From NCBI GenBank assembly GCA_001774495.1, contig MFAE01000005.1, forward strand, positions 26,583 to 90,582: a DNA stretch of 64,000 nucleotides, read 5' to 3'. Under the pieces are notes generated by a model. The model had not been told where the DNA came from, ran no database searches, and was given only the letters and a program-made list of their open reading frames with translations. This stretch comes from Candidatus Campbellbacteria bacterium RIFOXYC2_FULL_35_25 (lineage in GTDB: Bacteria > Patescibacteriota > Minisyncoccia > Phycocordibacterales > UBA12079). This document shows positions 8,879-18,756 of the stretch, one piece after another; position 1 is the first letter of the stretch; the number at the start of each line of letters is the position of its first letter. A program made the translations under genes and the position numbers.

Positions 8879-9247
8879 CTAAATACCTTTACAATTTGCG
8901 GCTGGCGTATACCCCTTATTTTCTGCCTCTTCTTTTGTCTCAAACCAAATTTTATTTGTCTCGCTAATTCTTTGGGCTCCAGAACACCAAGGTAAATGGT
9001 ATTTTGAGCCGTTTTTTGATACCACATAATTCCCTTTTACCTCATTTGATTCAATTACTTCAGATACTGAGGCAATATTATTTATTTGTAGAGGAAAATC
9101 ATTCTCTGTTATTTTTGACAATCTCCCTAAACCGAAAGAAGCGCTAGCAACTAAAATTATGGTAAAAACAAGAAAAACGTCCTGACTGTTGAAAAAATCA
9201 CTTACTAACTTGATTTTATTAGTTAAATATCTTATACTTTCTCGCAT
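8879..9247 (-). CDS. hypothetical membrane-anchored protein with C-terminal YHxPxC...GY.P...C motif
   Basis: 122-aa ORF, N-terminal TM, C-terminal SKYHLPWCSGAQRI...EEAENKGYTPAANC. Confidence 0.5.
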   Translation of the reverse strand: MRESIRYLTNKIKLVSDFFNSQDVFLVFTIILVASASFGLGRLSKITENDFPLQINNIASVSEVIESNEVKGNYVVSKNGSKYHLPWCSGAQRISETNKIWFETKEEAENKGYTPAANCKGI

Positions 9248-9345
9248 ACGTTTAATTATATATTAATTAGTAAGTGGGTGGTAGGAATAAATTAAAAAAG
9301 GTTTTAACTAAAAACTATCAACTATAAACTATAAACTAAACAAAT

Positions 9346-9618
9346 ATGGCACATAGAAAAGCTGGGGGATCAGCAAAAAACCTAAGAGATTCAAATCCTA
9401 AATATTTAGGAACTAAATTATATGACGGACAAACTGCAAAAGTTGGTTCTATTTTGGTACGCCAAAGAGGGACTAAAATTTTACCAGGAACTAATGTAGC
9501 AGTAGGAAAAGACCATACTCTATTCGCAATGAAAGAAGGGACGGTAAAATTTGGCAAAAAAAGAAAAGCCAATTTTGACGGGTCAGTAAAGATAAGAAAA
9601 GTTGCAAATATTGTTTAA
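9346..9618 (+). CDS. rpmA: 50S ribosomal protein L27
   Basis: [22 protein letters not shown]...; G-less ACTATAAACTA leader directly upstream, no SD. Confidence 0.9.
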   Translation: MAHRKAGGSAKNLRDSNPKYLGTKLYDGQTAKVGSILVRQRGTKILPGTNVAVGKDHTLFAMKEGTVKFGKKRKANFDGSVKIRKVANIV

Positions 9619-9699
9619 TCTAAATATAAAAAAATAAAATAAAAACCACAGGAATTGATTTCTGTGGTTTTTATTTTTTATATGTTTTTTAAAACTCAC

Positions 9700-10149
9700 C
9701 TATTCTTTTTCTGCAGTAATCTTTAAAGTGAAACTAAACTCTTTACTTCCTACTTTTAGTTTTATTACATGCTCGGAAGCCTCTTTTATCGGTTTTTCTA
9801 ATACAATAAAATCTTCACCAATATCCAAAGCTTTTTGGTCTTTTATCACATCAACAATTGCTTTCTTGTCTATCCCAGCAAATAAATGTCCTTCTTTATT
9901 TACTTTAGTTGTTATATTTATAACAGAATCTTTTAATTTTAGGATATCTTCCATCAATTCAGCTTCCTCTTTAACCTGTTTCAGTTGTTGTTTTTCTTTC
10001 AAAATTTCTATCTCTTTTTTAGCGTCTTTAGTCGCTAGTTTTGCTAATTTTTTAGGAATCAAAAAATTCAAAGCATAACCATCAGCTATGTTTTTTAAAT
10101 CATATTTTTTTCCAACCTTTGGAACATTTTGTAGTAAAATAATTTTCAT
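9700..10149 (-). CDS. rplI: 50S ribosomal protein L9
   Basis: MKIILLQNVPKVGKKYDLKNIADGYALNFLIPKKLA typical L9 N-domain. Confidence 0.9.
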   Translation of the reverse strand: MKIILLQNVPKVGKKYDLKNIADGYALNFLIPKKLAKLATKDAKKEIEILKEKQQLKQVKEEAELMEDILKLKDSVINITTKVNKEGHLFAGIDKKAIVDVIKDQKALDIGEDFIVLEKPIKEASEHVIKLKVGSKEFSFTLKITAEKE

Positions 10150-10201
10150 AATATCTTTTCTTTAATTTAATAATTAATCAAACTTCTCTAAAAACTAGAA
10201 A

Positions 10202-11428
10202 CTATTTATTTAGTATCTCAATAGCTTTTTCAAATTGAGGATCAAGACCTGCTTTAAAATCTTCTAGGGTGAATTCAACCTCTGTGTCAGGGGTTAACCC
10301 CTCTTTAGAAATTGAAACTCCATTTGGTGTTAGCCACCTTGCGATAGTTACTTTCAAAGAAGTTTCTGGGGTTATTTCAACTAACTCTTGGACCGAACCT
10401 TTCCCAAAAGTTTGTTCCCCGACAAGTGTGGCAATACCGTGCTCTTGCAAGGCTCCGGCTAATATTTCAGAAGCCGAGGCCGAACCGCCGTCAACCAGTA
10501 TAACAAACTTTAAGTCTTTGTTAAAGATATCGTAGCCTTTACTTCGATGTATTTTGTTTTCCTGGGTTCCTCCAAAATCTTCGATAACCACGGTCTTTCC
10601 TGCTGGCAAAAACCAACTAGCCATATCAACTGCCGCCTCCATATAACCACCGGGGTTTCCTCGAAGGTCTAAAATTAATTTATCTACCTTTCCAGACTGA
10701 TTTCCTTCTTTAAATTCTCTCAAAGCTTCTCTGAAAAGATCTGGGGAAGTAGCAGTAAAGCTATATAAATAAATAATAAAAACTTTCCCCTTTGACTCAG
10801 TCTTTATTGTGGGAATGTTTATGATATCTCTAACGACTGTTATTTCTAAGGGCTTATCTTCTTCATCTCTCATCAAAGAAAATTTAACTGGGGTTCCTTT
10901 TTCTCCTCTTATTAATTTTACGGCTTTATCTGTACTGAAATCGGAAGATAAAACGTCATCTATTTTTAATATTTTATCACCAGACTTGATTCCAGCTCTA
11001 TCAGCCGGGGTATCTTTCAAAGGAGCAATAACTGTTAAAATTCCATCCCTGATTCCTATCTCCATACCCACACCAGTAAAATTCCCAGCGATATCGCTCG
11101 CAAAAAGTTCATTCTCTTCTGGGGGTAAGAAAACTGTGTAAGGGTCACCAAAGGAACTGGCCAAGCCCTGTATAGCACCCCAGACTCTAGCTTGGTCATC
11201 TGTCCCATCAAAATCTACATATTTTTCATTTAAAAGGTTCCATGTTTTCCAAAAAGGCCCAAAATCAACCTTATTGCCTAAATCATCGGTTTTGTTAATT
11301 AAAGAATCAATTTTATTCTGACTAGCTTCACGACTTTGCCCAAAGCGAAAACCTACAAGAAACACGCCTGTAATTAGTGTAATAGCGAGGAGAGGGAAAA
11401 TTATTTTTTCAATTAATTTTTTTTGCAT
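10202..11428 (-). CDS. ctpA: carboxyl-terminal processing protease (S41 family) with PDZ domain
   Basis: 408 aa, N-terminal TM, PDZ (GIKSGDKILKIDD), S41 motifs LDLRGNPGG, TFGKGSVQ. Confidence 0.9.
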   Translation of the reverse strand: MQKKLIEKIIFPLLAITLITGVFLVGFRFGQSREASQNKIDSLINKTDDLGNKVDFGPFWKTWNLLNEKYVDFDGTDDQARVWGAIQGLASSFGDPYTVFLPPEENELFASDIAGNFTGVGMEIGIRDGILTVIAPLKDTPADRAGIKSGDKILKIDDVLSSDFSTDKAVKLIRGEKGTPVKFSLMRDEEDKPLEITVVRDIINIPTIKTESKGKVFIIYLYSFTATSPDLFREALREFKEGNQSGKVDKLILDLRGNPGGYMEAAVDMASWFLPAGKTVVIEDFGGTQENKIHRSKGYDIFNKDLKFVILVDGGSASASEILAGALQEHGIATLVGEQTFGKGSVQELVEITPETSLKVTIARWLTPNGVSISKEGLTPDTEVEFTLEDFKAGLDPQFEKAIEILNK

Positions 11429-11495
11429 TATTTATAAATAAAAAATAAATATGGAGATATTATATCATAAGTTTTTTTGTAGAGAAATTAAAAAA

Positions 11496-11546
11496 GGCGG
11501 AACAGTATAAAACTGCCCGCCTTTCGGGAATCCCTAAGGGATTCTC
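11496..11546 (-). terminator. tandem hairpins (ggcgg...cgcc; palindrome GAATCCCTAAGGGATTC) followed by U-run on minus strand
   Basis: directly downstream of stop of 11553..11888 gene. Confidence 0.6.
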
Positions 11547-11552
11547 AAAAAA

Positions 11553-11888
11553 TCAGAAAGAAAGAGATTTTTGAATGAGGGATTCATTTGCCCCCATGCA
11601 ATCATAGACAAAAGTCTCCTTCTCCCCCGAGACACTTTCGGTTGCGTAAGAAACACAACCATCGGAATCTCTGGACACAAAGATTCGATCCCCCTGGATT
11701 CCCATGCCCAAGTATTTCCACTCGGAGACCTCAGGAGCCTCAGAAACGACAACTTCCTCGGCCACCGGCTTTGCTGGAGGAGTAACTTCTTCCTCTCCAA
11801 GAAAAAAGGCAGCCCCCATTAAAAAAATAAACAATGCCAATGAAACAATTACTGTGGGACGGGTTCCTACTAGGTTGTTCTTCGCCAT
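11553..11888 (-). CDS. hypothetical secreted/membrane-anchored protein, GC-rich islet (start at Met27 of ORF-track model, SD GGGAG)
   Basis: 111 aa from MAKNNLVG...; signal/TM then acidic Pro-rich linker; many overlapping ORFs in other frames typical of locally high GC. Confidence 0.4.
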   Translation of the reverse strand: MAKNNLVGTRPTVIVSLALFIFLMGAAFFLGEEEVTPPAKPVAEEVVVSEAPEVSEWKYLGMGIQGDRIFVSRDSDGCVSYATESVSGEKETFVYDCMGANESLIQKSLSF

Positions 11889-12162
11889 GATTATTTCTCC
11901 CAAAATATTATGAACTTCTTTCCTCCCCTTGTCCTCTGTTGTTAATAGTAGCACATAACTATGCATTATGTCAATGGTTTGTTATATTTCAACAGCTATA
12001 CAGCACCTTAAACCAAAAAAGAGTCCCCAACTATTGTATTTCTAATATCAAAAACATACAGTATAATAAAATAGAAGTTGTGATATAAAAAGAAACAAAA
12101 AATTTACAGAATAAATTTTTTTAACTTATTACTTGCTACTTATTCACTTACTACTATTTTTT

Positions 12163-13077
12163 ATGATAAAAAAACATACTTACAAAAAGTTAACTTGGAT
12201 TGATTTGTTCAAACCAACAAAAGAAGAGGTTTTGGGTTTAATGGAAGAATATGATATTAACCCCAGCATTGCCAATGACCTTTTGTCTCCATCATTTAGA
12301 CAAACAGTAGATGCCCATGAAAATTTTATTTATTTAATCCTTCACTTTCCTGCCCTCAAACATACACACAGCAATGAGCCCAATCAGGAAATTGATTTTC
12401 TTATTGGAAAAGATTTTATCATTACCTCAAGATATGACGATATTGATTCTATCCACAAATTCTCAAAAGTTTTTGATGTCAATTCAGTTCTAGAAAAAGA
12501 AGATATGGAAAGAGATGGAGGTTATATATTTCTTCTACTGATGAAAAAACTTTATGCATCGATTGATTATGAGATTGAATATATTCAAGATGCTTTAGAA
12601 AAGGCGGAGGATAGTATTTTCAAAGGCGAAGAAAAAAGAATGGTCCAAGAACTGTCAAAAATCGGGCGTGATTTACTCAACTTAAAGCAAGCCACAAACA
12701 ACCATCAATCAGGGCTTGAATCATTACAAGTGGCTGGATTAAGCTTTTTGGGAGATGAATTCTCAAAAAATATAAATAAAATTATAAACGAGTACCACAA
12801 AATAAGACACAACATTGCTATCAATGTTGAATCATTAAACGAGCTCAGATATACAAACAATTCGCTTTTAAGCACAAAACAAAACGAAACAATGACAATT
12901 TTGACTATTATGGCGTTCGTTACATTCCCATTGTCTTTATTGGCCTCAATTTTTGGGATGAATACACAACACATGCCTATCATTGGCTCTGATTATGATT
13001 TTTGGAAAGTTCTTGGAATAATGCTTCTTTTAACAACTACATTTTCCCTATTCTTTAAATACAAAAAATGGCTCTAA
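12163..13077 (+). CDS. corA: CorA-family Mg2+/Co2+ transporter (ORF-track start 12133 is inside low-complexity leader; ATG 12163 preferred)
   Basis: two C-terminal TMs with FGMN signature; stop overlaps cysS start. Confidence 0.85.
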   Translation: MIKKHTYKKLTWIDLFKPTKEEVLGLMEEYDINPSIANDLLSPSFRQTVDAHENFIYLILHFPALKHTHSNEPNQEIDFLIGKDFIITSRYDDIDSIHKFSKVFDVNSVLEKEDMERDGGYIFLLLMKKLYASIDYEIEYIQDALEKAEDSIFKGEEKRMVQELSKIGRDLLNLKQATNNHQSGLESLQVAGLSFLGDEFSKNINKIINEYHKIRHNIAINVESLNELRYTNNSLLSTKQNETMTILTIMAFVTFPLSLLASIFGMNTQHMPIIGSDYDFWKVLGIMLLLTTTFSLFFKYKKWL

Positions 13078-14501
13078 AAATCTACAACACCCTTTCTAAG
13101 ACTAAAGAAGAATTTAAACCTCTTGAAGATAACAAAGTGAGGTTTTATTATTGTGGGCCAACTGTCTACAAAACCCAACATATTGGTGGGTTAAGGGGTA
13201 ATTTTAATGCTGATTCCATCCGACGCTCTTTAACATACTTAAATTATAAAGTTAACTTTGTATCAAATTATACCGATGTAGGACACTTAACCGGAGATAA
13301 TATTGGTGATGCTGATACAGGAGAAGATAGAATGGAAATAAGTGCGCGGTTAGAAATGAAAACCCCGAAAGAAATCGCAGATGTTGCTATTGAAGATTAC
13401 GAAAGGGACACAAAAGAATTAAATTTATTATTTCCAACGACAAGATGCCGGGCTACCGACTACATCCAAGAAATGGTTGATATGATTCAAATTTTATTGG
13501 ACAAAAATTTTGCTTACCAAACAAACTTGGCAATTTATTTTGATGTATCAAAAGCAAAAGATTACACAAGACTTTCTGGCCAAAAAATGGAGGAACAAAT
13601 TGGGGGAGCAGGAACTGGCGATACCACCGACACAGAAAAAAGAAACCCAGCTGATTTTGCTTTATGGTTTTTTAAAAAAGGTAAACATGAAAATGCCCTT
13701 CAAACATGGAGTTCTCCTTGGGGCGAAGGTTTCCCTGGATGGCATATTGAATGTTCTGCAATGAGCAAGAAACATTTAGGCGACACCATGGATATTCATA
13801 TGGGAGGAAAAGAACATATTTCTATCCACCATACAAACGAAATCGCGCAAAGTGAATCTGCTAACGGGGTAAATTTTGTTAATTACTGGGTCCACAATGA
13901 GCACCTCGTAGTTGATAATAAAAAAATGTCAAAATCTATCGGGAACGTTGTAATGTTAAAAGACATAAAAGAAAAAGGTTTTGACCCATTGGCTCTTCGT
14001 TATTTTTTCTTACAAGCACATTACCGCTCTGGACAAAATTTTACTTGGGAAGCTTTGGATTCTGCACAGAAAGGCTTAATAAATCTGTATGAGCAGGTAG
14101 CTTCATTAGGAAATAAGGTTGGAGAAACAAACAAGGAATACAAAAATAAATTTACAGAAAAAATTGAGGATGATTTTAACACACCCCAAGCATTAGCTGT
14201 TGTTTCAGAATTATTAAAATCAGATTTGCCTAACGAGAATAAACTAGCGACTATTTTAGATTTTGATAAAGTGCTAGGCCTAAATTTAAGTAAGGCAAAA
14301 GAAAAAATTCCACAAGAAATTTCAATTGAGGAACTTTCTCCAGAAATTCAAAATTTAATTAAAGAAAGACAAACAGCTCGTGACAATAAAGATTATCAAA
14401 AATCTGATGAATTAAGGGCTTCAATCATTGATAAAGGTTATGAAGTAAAAGATACTCCTGAGGGGCAGAAAGTTTTTAAAAAGCTAACAGCAGACAGCTA
14501 A
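13068..14501 (+). CDS. cysS: cysteinyl-tRNA synthetase
   Basis: 477 aa, class I HIGG/KMSKS motifs, CGPTVY zinc-binding start. Confidence 0.95.
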   Translation: MALKIYNTLSKTKEEFKPLEDNKVRFYYCGPTVYKTQHIGGLRGNFNADSIRRSLTYLNYKVNFVSNYTDVGHLTGDNIGDADTGEDRMEISARLEMKTPKEIADVAIEDYERDTKELNLLFPTTRCRATDYIQEMVDMIQILLDKNFAYQTNLAIYFDVSKAKDYTRLSGQKMEEQIGGAGTGDTTDTEKRNPADFALWFFKKGKHENALQTWSSPWGEGFPGWHIECSAMSKKHLGDTMDIHMGGKEHISIHHTNEIAQSESANGVNFVNYWVHNEHLVVDNKKMSKSIGNVVMLKDIKEKGFDPLALRYFFLQAHYRSGQNFTWEALDSAQKGLINLYEQVASLGNKVGETNKEYKNKFTEKIEDDFNTPQALAVVSELLKSDLPNENKLATILDFDKVLGLNLSKAKEKIPQEISIEELSPEIQNLIKERQTARDNKDYQKSDELRASIIDKGYEVKDTPEGQKVFKKLTADS

Positions 14502-14532
14502 CGGCTCACAGCAACGGACAAAAAAAGAAAAA

Positions 14533-14565
14533 GGTTCCGTCGCGAGCGACGAAACCTTTTTGTAT
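14533..14565. terminator. hairpin ggttccgtcgcgagcgacgaaacc + T-run, A-run before (bidirectional)
   Basis: between convergent cysS and 14581..15315. Confidence 0.6.
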
Positions 14566-14580
14566 TTTGGCGGAAAAATG

Positions 14581-15315
14581 TCATTCGTCGACAATTTCTG
14601 TATTGCGACAAAAACCACCTGGTTTTTTGGAAGAGAGCCAATCCTTTGCTACGGCCCATTTTTCTTGTGTTTTTTTATCACTAAGAAAAATAATCAAAAA
14701 AATAAAGAAACAAAGAAACAAACAAGTTAAAAGAAAGGGTATCAAACCATTAGTAGCAACCACTTTGGTGGCATACGCACTTGCTTGAAAAAAAGAACTG
14801 ACTGTTCCAAAAAGCCACAAAACACTTGCGATGATTTCTTCCCAAAAAGAAGCCACCAAATAACCCATCCCTAAAGGAAGCAGAAATTTCCAAGGGGCAA
14901 TGAATTTTTTCTCATTTTCTTTGCCGTATGTTTGGTACGGTTTAAAACAGGTTTGAGCATCTCTTGAAATCAAAGGAATGAAACCACAAACTAGACCAAC
15001 TGTTCCCGCAATCCCTATAATGATTCCAAAAACAAACATGATTGCAATGTTAACTGGTATCCCCCAAAAAAATCCCCGGATTACTTGGCAGTCATTTCTT
15101 GGACATACTACTTTCCTGTTAATTGTAACCCAGAAATTGTTACGAAAAAGATATTTAATGACAAAACTGTTTTTATTGATTCTCAATTCTCCTGCTTCAT
15201 TTCTATTGGGAGTTCCCAATGCAAACTCTGAGATAAGCCCAACCAACAAAACATAAAAAAAGAAAGTTTCAATGACTAAACAAAACGGGCTAATCCAAAA
15301 AATCCAGTTCCACAT
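14581..15315 (-). CDS. hypothetical polytopic membrane protein
   Basis: 244-aa ORF with ~6 hydrophobic segments. Confidence 0.5.
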   Translation of the reverse strand: MWNWIFWISPFCLVIETFFFYVLLVGLISEFALGTPNRNEAGELRINKNSFVIKYLFRNNFWVTINRKVVCPRNDCQVIRGFFWGIPVNIAIMFVFGIIIGIAGTVGLVCGFIPLISRDAQTCFKPYQTYGKENEKKFIAPWKFLLPLGMGYLVASFWEEIIASVLWLFGTVSSFFQASAYATKVVATNGLIPFLLTCLFLCFFIFLIIFLSDKKTQEKWAVAKDWLSSKKPGGFCRNTEIVDE

Positions 15316-15600
15316 AACAACTCCTCCTTATACTCAATATTTGACTAAGATGAACATCTCAAAAAATCTATAGATATAGTAATACTAATTGACTCATTTG
15401 TAAATAGTAAGAAAAAATTTTGAGAAGGCTATAACAACGAAAAACAAGGCGAATTTTGACTCCGTCAAAATTCGCCTTGTTACTTAATACTTATTACTTA
15501 ATACTGGGGATAAAAATCTTCGATTTTTATCCCCACTTCCTCCCCACTTTAATATCTTTTAAAGGTTTGGGCATTTTTTTCATTGTGCTAGAATACTTCA

Positions 15601-16995
15601 ATGGCTGAAAAAATAAATAAAAATTTAAGAATCCCCCCTCAAGATATTGATTCGGAAAAGGCTCTTTTGGGTTCGGTTATGCTTAAAGCAGATTCCTTGT
15701 ATGACATTTTGGACTTCATCTCAAAAGATTGTTTTTACTCCGAAAAACATAGAATAATTTTTGAAGCCATGGTGGATCTTTTTTCAAAAAGAGAACCAAT
15801 TGACTTACTGACGCTTTCAACAAAATTAAAAGAAAGAAAAGCTTTGGAACAAGCCGGTGGAAATACTTACTTAACAGAACTAGTTAATTTTGTTCCTTCT
15901 TCTTCAAACATTGAATACTATGGAAAAACAGTCCACAAAAAATATATGATGAGACGTCTTATCGAGTCGTCCGAAGAAATCGCCGGGATTGGGTATAACG
16001 AAGAACACAATTTAGAAGAATCTTTGGACCGAGCGGAAAAAAGTGTGTTTGGAATTTCAGCTTCAATTGTTGCCAACAACTACATAAAAATAAAAGATGC
16101 TTTAGGAGAAGCCTTTGAAAGATTGAGTCGTCTCCATGAATCAAAAGACGAACTACGTGGAGTCCCTTCTGGATTTAAAGATTTGGATGATAAACTTTCT
16201 GGCTTTCAAAAATCAGACCTTATTATCTTAGCCGCTCGTCCTTCCATGGGTAAGACTGCTTTTGCATTGGACATCGCCAGAAAAGTTGCAGTTAACCATA
16301 ACATGGCTGTGGCAATTTTTTCTTTAGAGATGAGCTCCCAACAATTAGTAGATAGAATGTTAGCCGCTGATTCTAAAGTTGATGCTTGGAAACTAAGAAC
16401 GGGAAGACTGAACCAAGAAAGTGAGTTTGATTTGATAAGAGAATCTTTGGACACCCTTTCAAAGGCTCCTATTTTTATAGATGACCAGCCTGCTAACAAC
16501 ATCTTAAAAATGCGATCAATCGCAAGAAAATTGAAAAGACAGCATGATTTGAAACTGATTATTGTTGATTACCTCCAGCTTATGGCTCCTACTCAAACAA
16601 GGGCATCTGATAACATGGTTCAACAAGTAACAGAAATTTCTAGGTCTCTTAAGCACCTAGCCAGAGAATTAGATGTTCCTGTCATTGCTCTTTCACAGCT
16701 AAGCCGTGCCATTGAACAAAGAGGTGGACGCCCCAAACTTTCAGACTTGAGAGACTCTGGTTCTATTGAGCAAGACGCCGATGTTGTTATGTTTATTCAC
16801 AGAGAAAAAAATGAGGCTGGTGAAAAATCAAACATCACGGAAATATTAATCGAAAAACACAGAAACGGTCCGACTGGAAGAATTACATTAAATTTTGATG
16901 ATAAAAAAGCAACCTTCCAAAGTATTGATAAAAACTCCTTCGAAGATTTTACTGTCTCTCAAACAGGAGGTGATGAGGATACTGATGATTTCTAA
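15601..16995 (+). CDS. dnaB: replicative DNA helicase DnaB
   Basis: 464 aa, N-terminal DnaB domain, Walker A ARPSMGKTAF, RecA-like core. Confidence 0.95.
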   Translation: MAEKINKNLRIPPQDIDSEKALLGSVMLKADSLYDILDFISKDCFYSEKHRIIFEAMVDLFSKREPIDLLTLSTKLKERKALEQAGGNTYLTELVNFVPSSSNIEYYGKTVHKKYMMRRLIESSEEIAGIGYNEEHNLEESLDRAEKSVFGISASIVANNYIKIKDALGEAFERLSRLHESKDELRGVPSGFKDLDDKLSGFQKSDLIILAARPSMGKTAFALDIARKVAVNHNMAVAIFSLEMSSQQLVDRMLAADSKVDAWKLRTGRLNQESEFDLIRESLDTLSKAPIFIDDQPANNILKMRSIARKLKRQHDLKLIIVDYLQLMAPTQTRASDNMVQQVTEISRSLKHLARELDVPVIALSQLSRAIEQRGGRPKLSDLRDSGSIEQDADVVMFIHREKNEAGEKSNITEILIEKHRNGPTGRITLNFDDKKATFQSIDKNSFEDFTVSQTGGDEDTDDF

Positions 16996-17010
16996 TGATT
17001 CTCAAACAAT

Positions 17011-17628
17011 ATGAATAGAATAGATAAATTAACTGAATATTTTTCCAAATTTCCAGGAATTGGCCCAAGGCAAGCTAAAAGATTTGTTTATTTTTTGTTA
17101 GCTAAGGATAATAATTTTTTAAAAGAATTGGCCGAAAATATTTTAAATCTTAAAGACGAAGTAAAAATTTGTAATTTCTGCTATCGCTACTACCCTGACC
17201 AAGGAGGAAAACAATCTGTGTGTGATATTTGTTCTGACAACAACAGAGATGACTCTGTTTTAATGGTAATTGGCAAAGACGCGGATATGGAAAATATTGA
17301 AAAAAATCACATCTTCAATGGAAAATATTTTATTCTTGGTGGGTATTTACCCATTATGAGTGACAACGCTCCTTGGGTTCGCTCCAGAGAACTGATGCAA
17401 TTAATTGAGAAAAGAAGCAAAGGCAAAGAACTAAAAGAAATTATTTTAGCCCTCAGCCTAAGCCCCGAAGGAGAAAACACAATTCACTACATTATGCAGG
17501 TTTTAGAGCCACTAAGAGCCAAATTCGGCTTTAATATCACTACTCTGGGTAAAGGTTTGTCTACAGGAACAGAGCTGGAATACTCTGATGACGATACACT
17601 TAAAAACGCATTAAAAAACAGAAGCTAA
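17011..17628 (+). CDS. recR: recombination protein RecR
   Basis: HhH (FPGIGPRQAKRF), C4 zinc finger CNFC...CDIC, Toprim domain. Confidence 0.9.
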   Translation: MNRIDKLTEYFSKFPGIGPRQAKRFVYFLLAKDNNFLKELAENILNLKDEVKICNFCYRYYPDQGGKQSVCDICSDNNRDDSVLMVIGKDADMENIEKNHIFNGKYFILGGYLPIMSDNAPWVRSRELMQLIEKRSKGKELKEIILALSLSPEGENTIHYIMQVLEPLRAKFGFNITTLGKGLSTGTELEYSDDDTLKNALKNRS

Positions 17629-17722
17629 GCTTCTGTTTTTTCTTTACTTATTTTTTGTTTGAGGTAACATAAGATTTAGAAATGTTGTTTTTTGGTAAAA
17701 CCAAGAGCAAGGAGGATTGATT

Positions 17723-18097
17723 ATGTTGTTTCTACAAAATTTGCCAAAGAGTGTACAACTTTTTTTAGTCATTCTCACTTTCTTTTCTTTTTTAGCCTTT
17801 CTTTTTTTTATGATTCGTCTTTTTTTTAGACGAGATAAAAAGGAGATTCTGAAAAAACTAAACAGAAACGGAAGCCCGAGAACGGTTGGTCTAGTCTATA
17901 TAGACCAAAAATCAAGAGGAAAAGAAGCTGGTAGAACATATTTCAAACAAGCCATCACGGGAGATCTTTGTTTTGTTGACGAAGTAGTTAACGAAAGTAT
18001 TCTTATGAGCCAGTTTATGCCACATATAGCCGAGGAATACAGACTCGTCAAAGGAGGTAAAGATTTCGAAATCAAAATGGTTGCTTACATACACTGA
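17723..18097 (+). CDS. hypothetical membrane protein (ATG 17723 after AAGGAGG; ORF-track start 17717 is TTG)
   Basis: ~124 aa, N-terminal TM; TGA stop; hairpin terminator 18116-18150. Confidence 0.4.
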   Translation: MLFLQNLPKSVQLFLVILTFFSFLAFLFFMIRLFFRRDKKEILKKLNRNGSPRTVGLVYIDQKSRGKEAGRTYFKQAITGDLCFVDEVVNESILMSQFMPHIAEEYRLVKGGKDFEIKMVAYIH

Positions 18098-18183
18098 TTT
18101 TTTTCACTAAGTATGGGAATCAAAAGCAGGGGCCCTCCTAGGCCCCTGCTTTTTTAAAACCAGAGATAACTCTTGCTTTGTGA

Positions 18184-18489
18184 CTAGTACGAAGAAATAA
18201 ATTGATAGGAAAAAAACACTGATGTAAGTAAATAAACAATTATTATTGACACTATCAACGTAATAAAAAAATGAAGTGCCCTCCTATTTTTTACAAAAAT
18301 AATAACAAACAAAGCAGAAATAATAGACAAGACGAAAGGAGCATAAATAGATAACAGAGCAAAAATCATTCGTACTATTTGTCCTCCAAAAGACAAAGCT
18401 ACCCAAAACATCAACATAAAAATTACCCAAACAACTACTGGCACCAATAATATCTTTTTCCACTGAATATTTTTATTTTCTGTAATCAT
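18184..18489 (-). CDS. hypothetical small membrane protein
   Basis: 101 aa, 3 hydrophobic helices. Confidence 0.35.
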   Translation of the reverse strand: MITENKNIQWKKILLVPVVVWVIFMLMFWVALSFGGQIVRMIFALLSIYAPFVLSIISALFVIIFVKNRRALHFFITLIVSIIIVYLLTSVFFSYQFISSY

Positions 18490-18509
18490 GAAATAAATTA
18501 ATTAAATTT

Positions 18510-18743
18510 TTAATCTTTAGAAAGAATCATTTTGAGTTTAAATTTTTTGTCAGAACTTAAAATCCAATACAAAACCAAACCAAGGAGTATCATTACCTGC
18601 CAGCCAATGTATTTATAAACTTGGCCAAAAATCAAAAAATTTCCGATAGCTATAGTAAAAAAAAGAAACACGGGGCAAGAAAACAACTTAAACATAGCTT
18701 TCTGAAAAGTTGATTCTTTTTTCTTCTTATTGTTATTTTTCAT
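18510..18743 (-). CDS. hypothetical small membrane protein
   Basis: 77 aa, 2 TM; start abuts rmuC stop via AGTAGTAAGTATTAAGTA motif. Confidence 0.35.
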   Translation of the reverse strand: MKNNNKKKKESTFQKAMFKLFSCPVFLFFTIAIGNFLIFGQVYKYIGWQVMILLGLVLYWILSSDKKFKLKMILSKD

Positions 18744-18756
18744 TACTTAATACTTA

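Noticed and set aside
18095-18097. Whole-genome alternative genetic code (TGA as sense, code 4 or 25)
   Set aside because: Long conserved genes (dnaE, leuS, P-type ATPase, lepA, rnr) are intact under the standard code with no internal TGA. TGA is used as a terminal stop directly before terminators, e.g. 18095-18097, 62819-62821 and the 5001 gene. Only the single ORF at 34086-34292 raises the TGA question.
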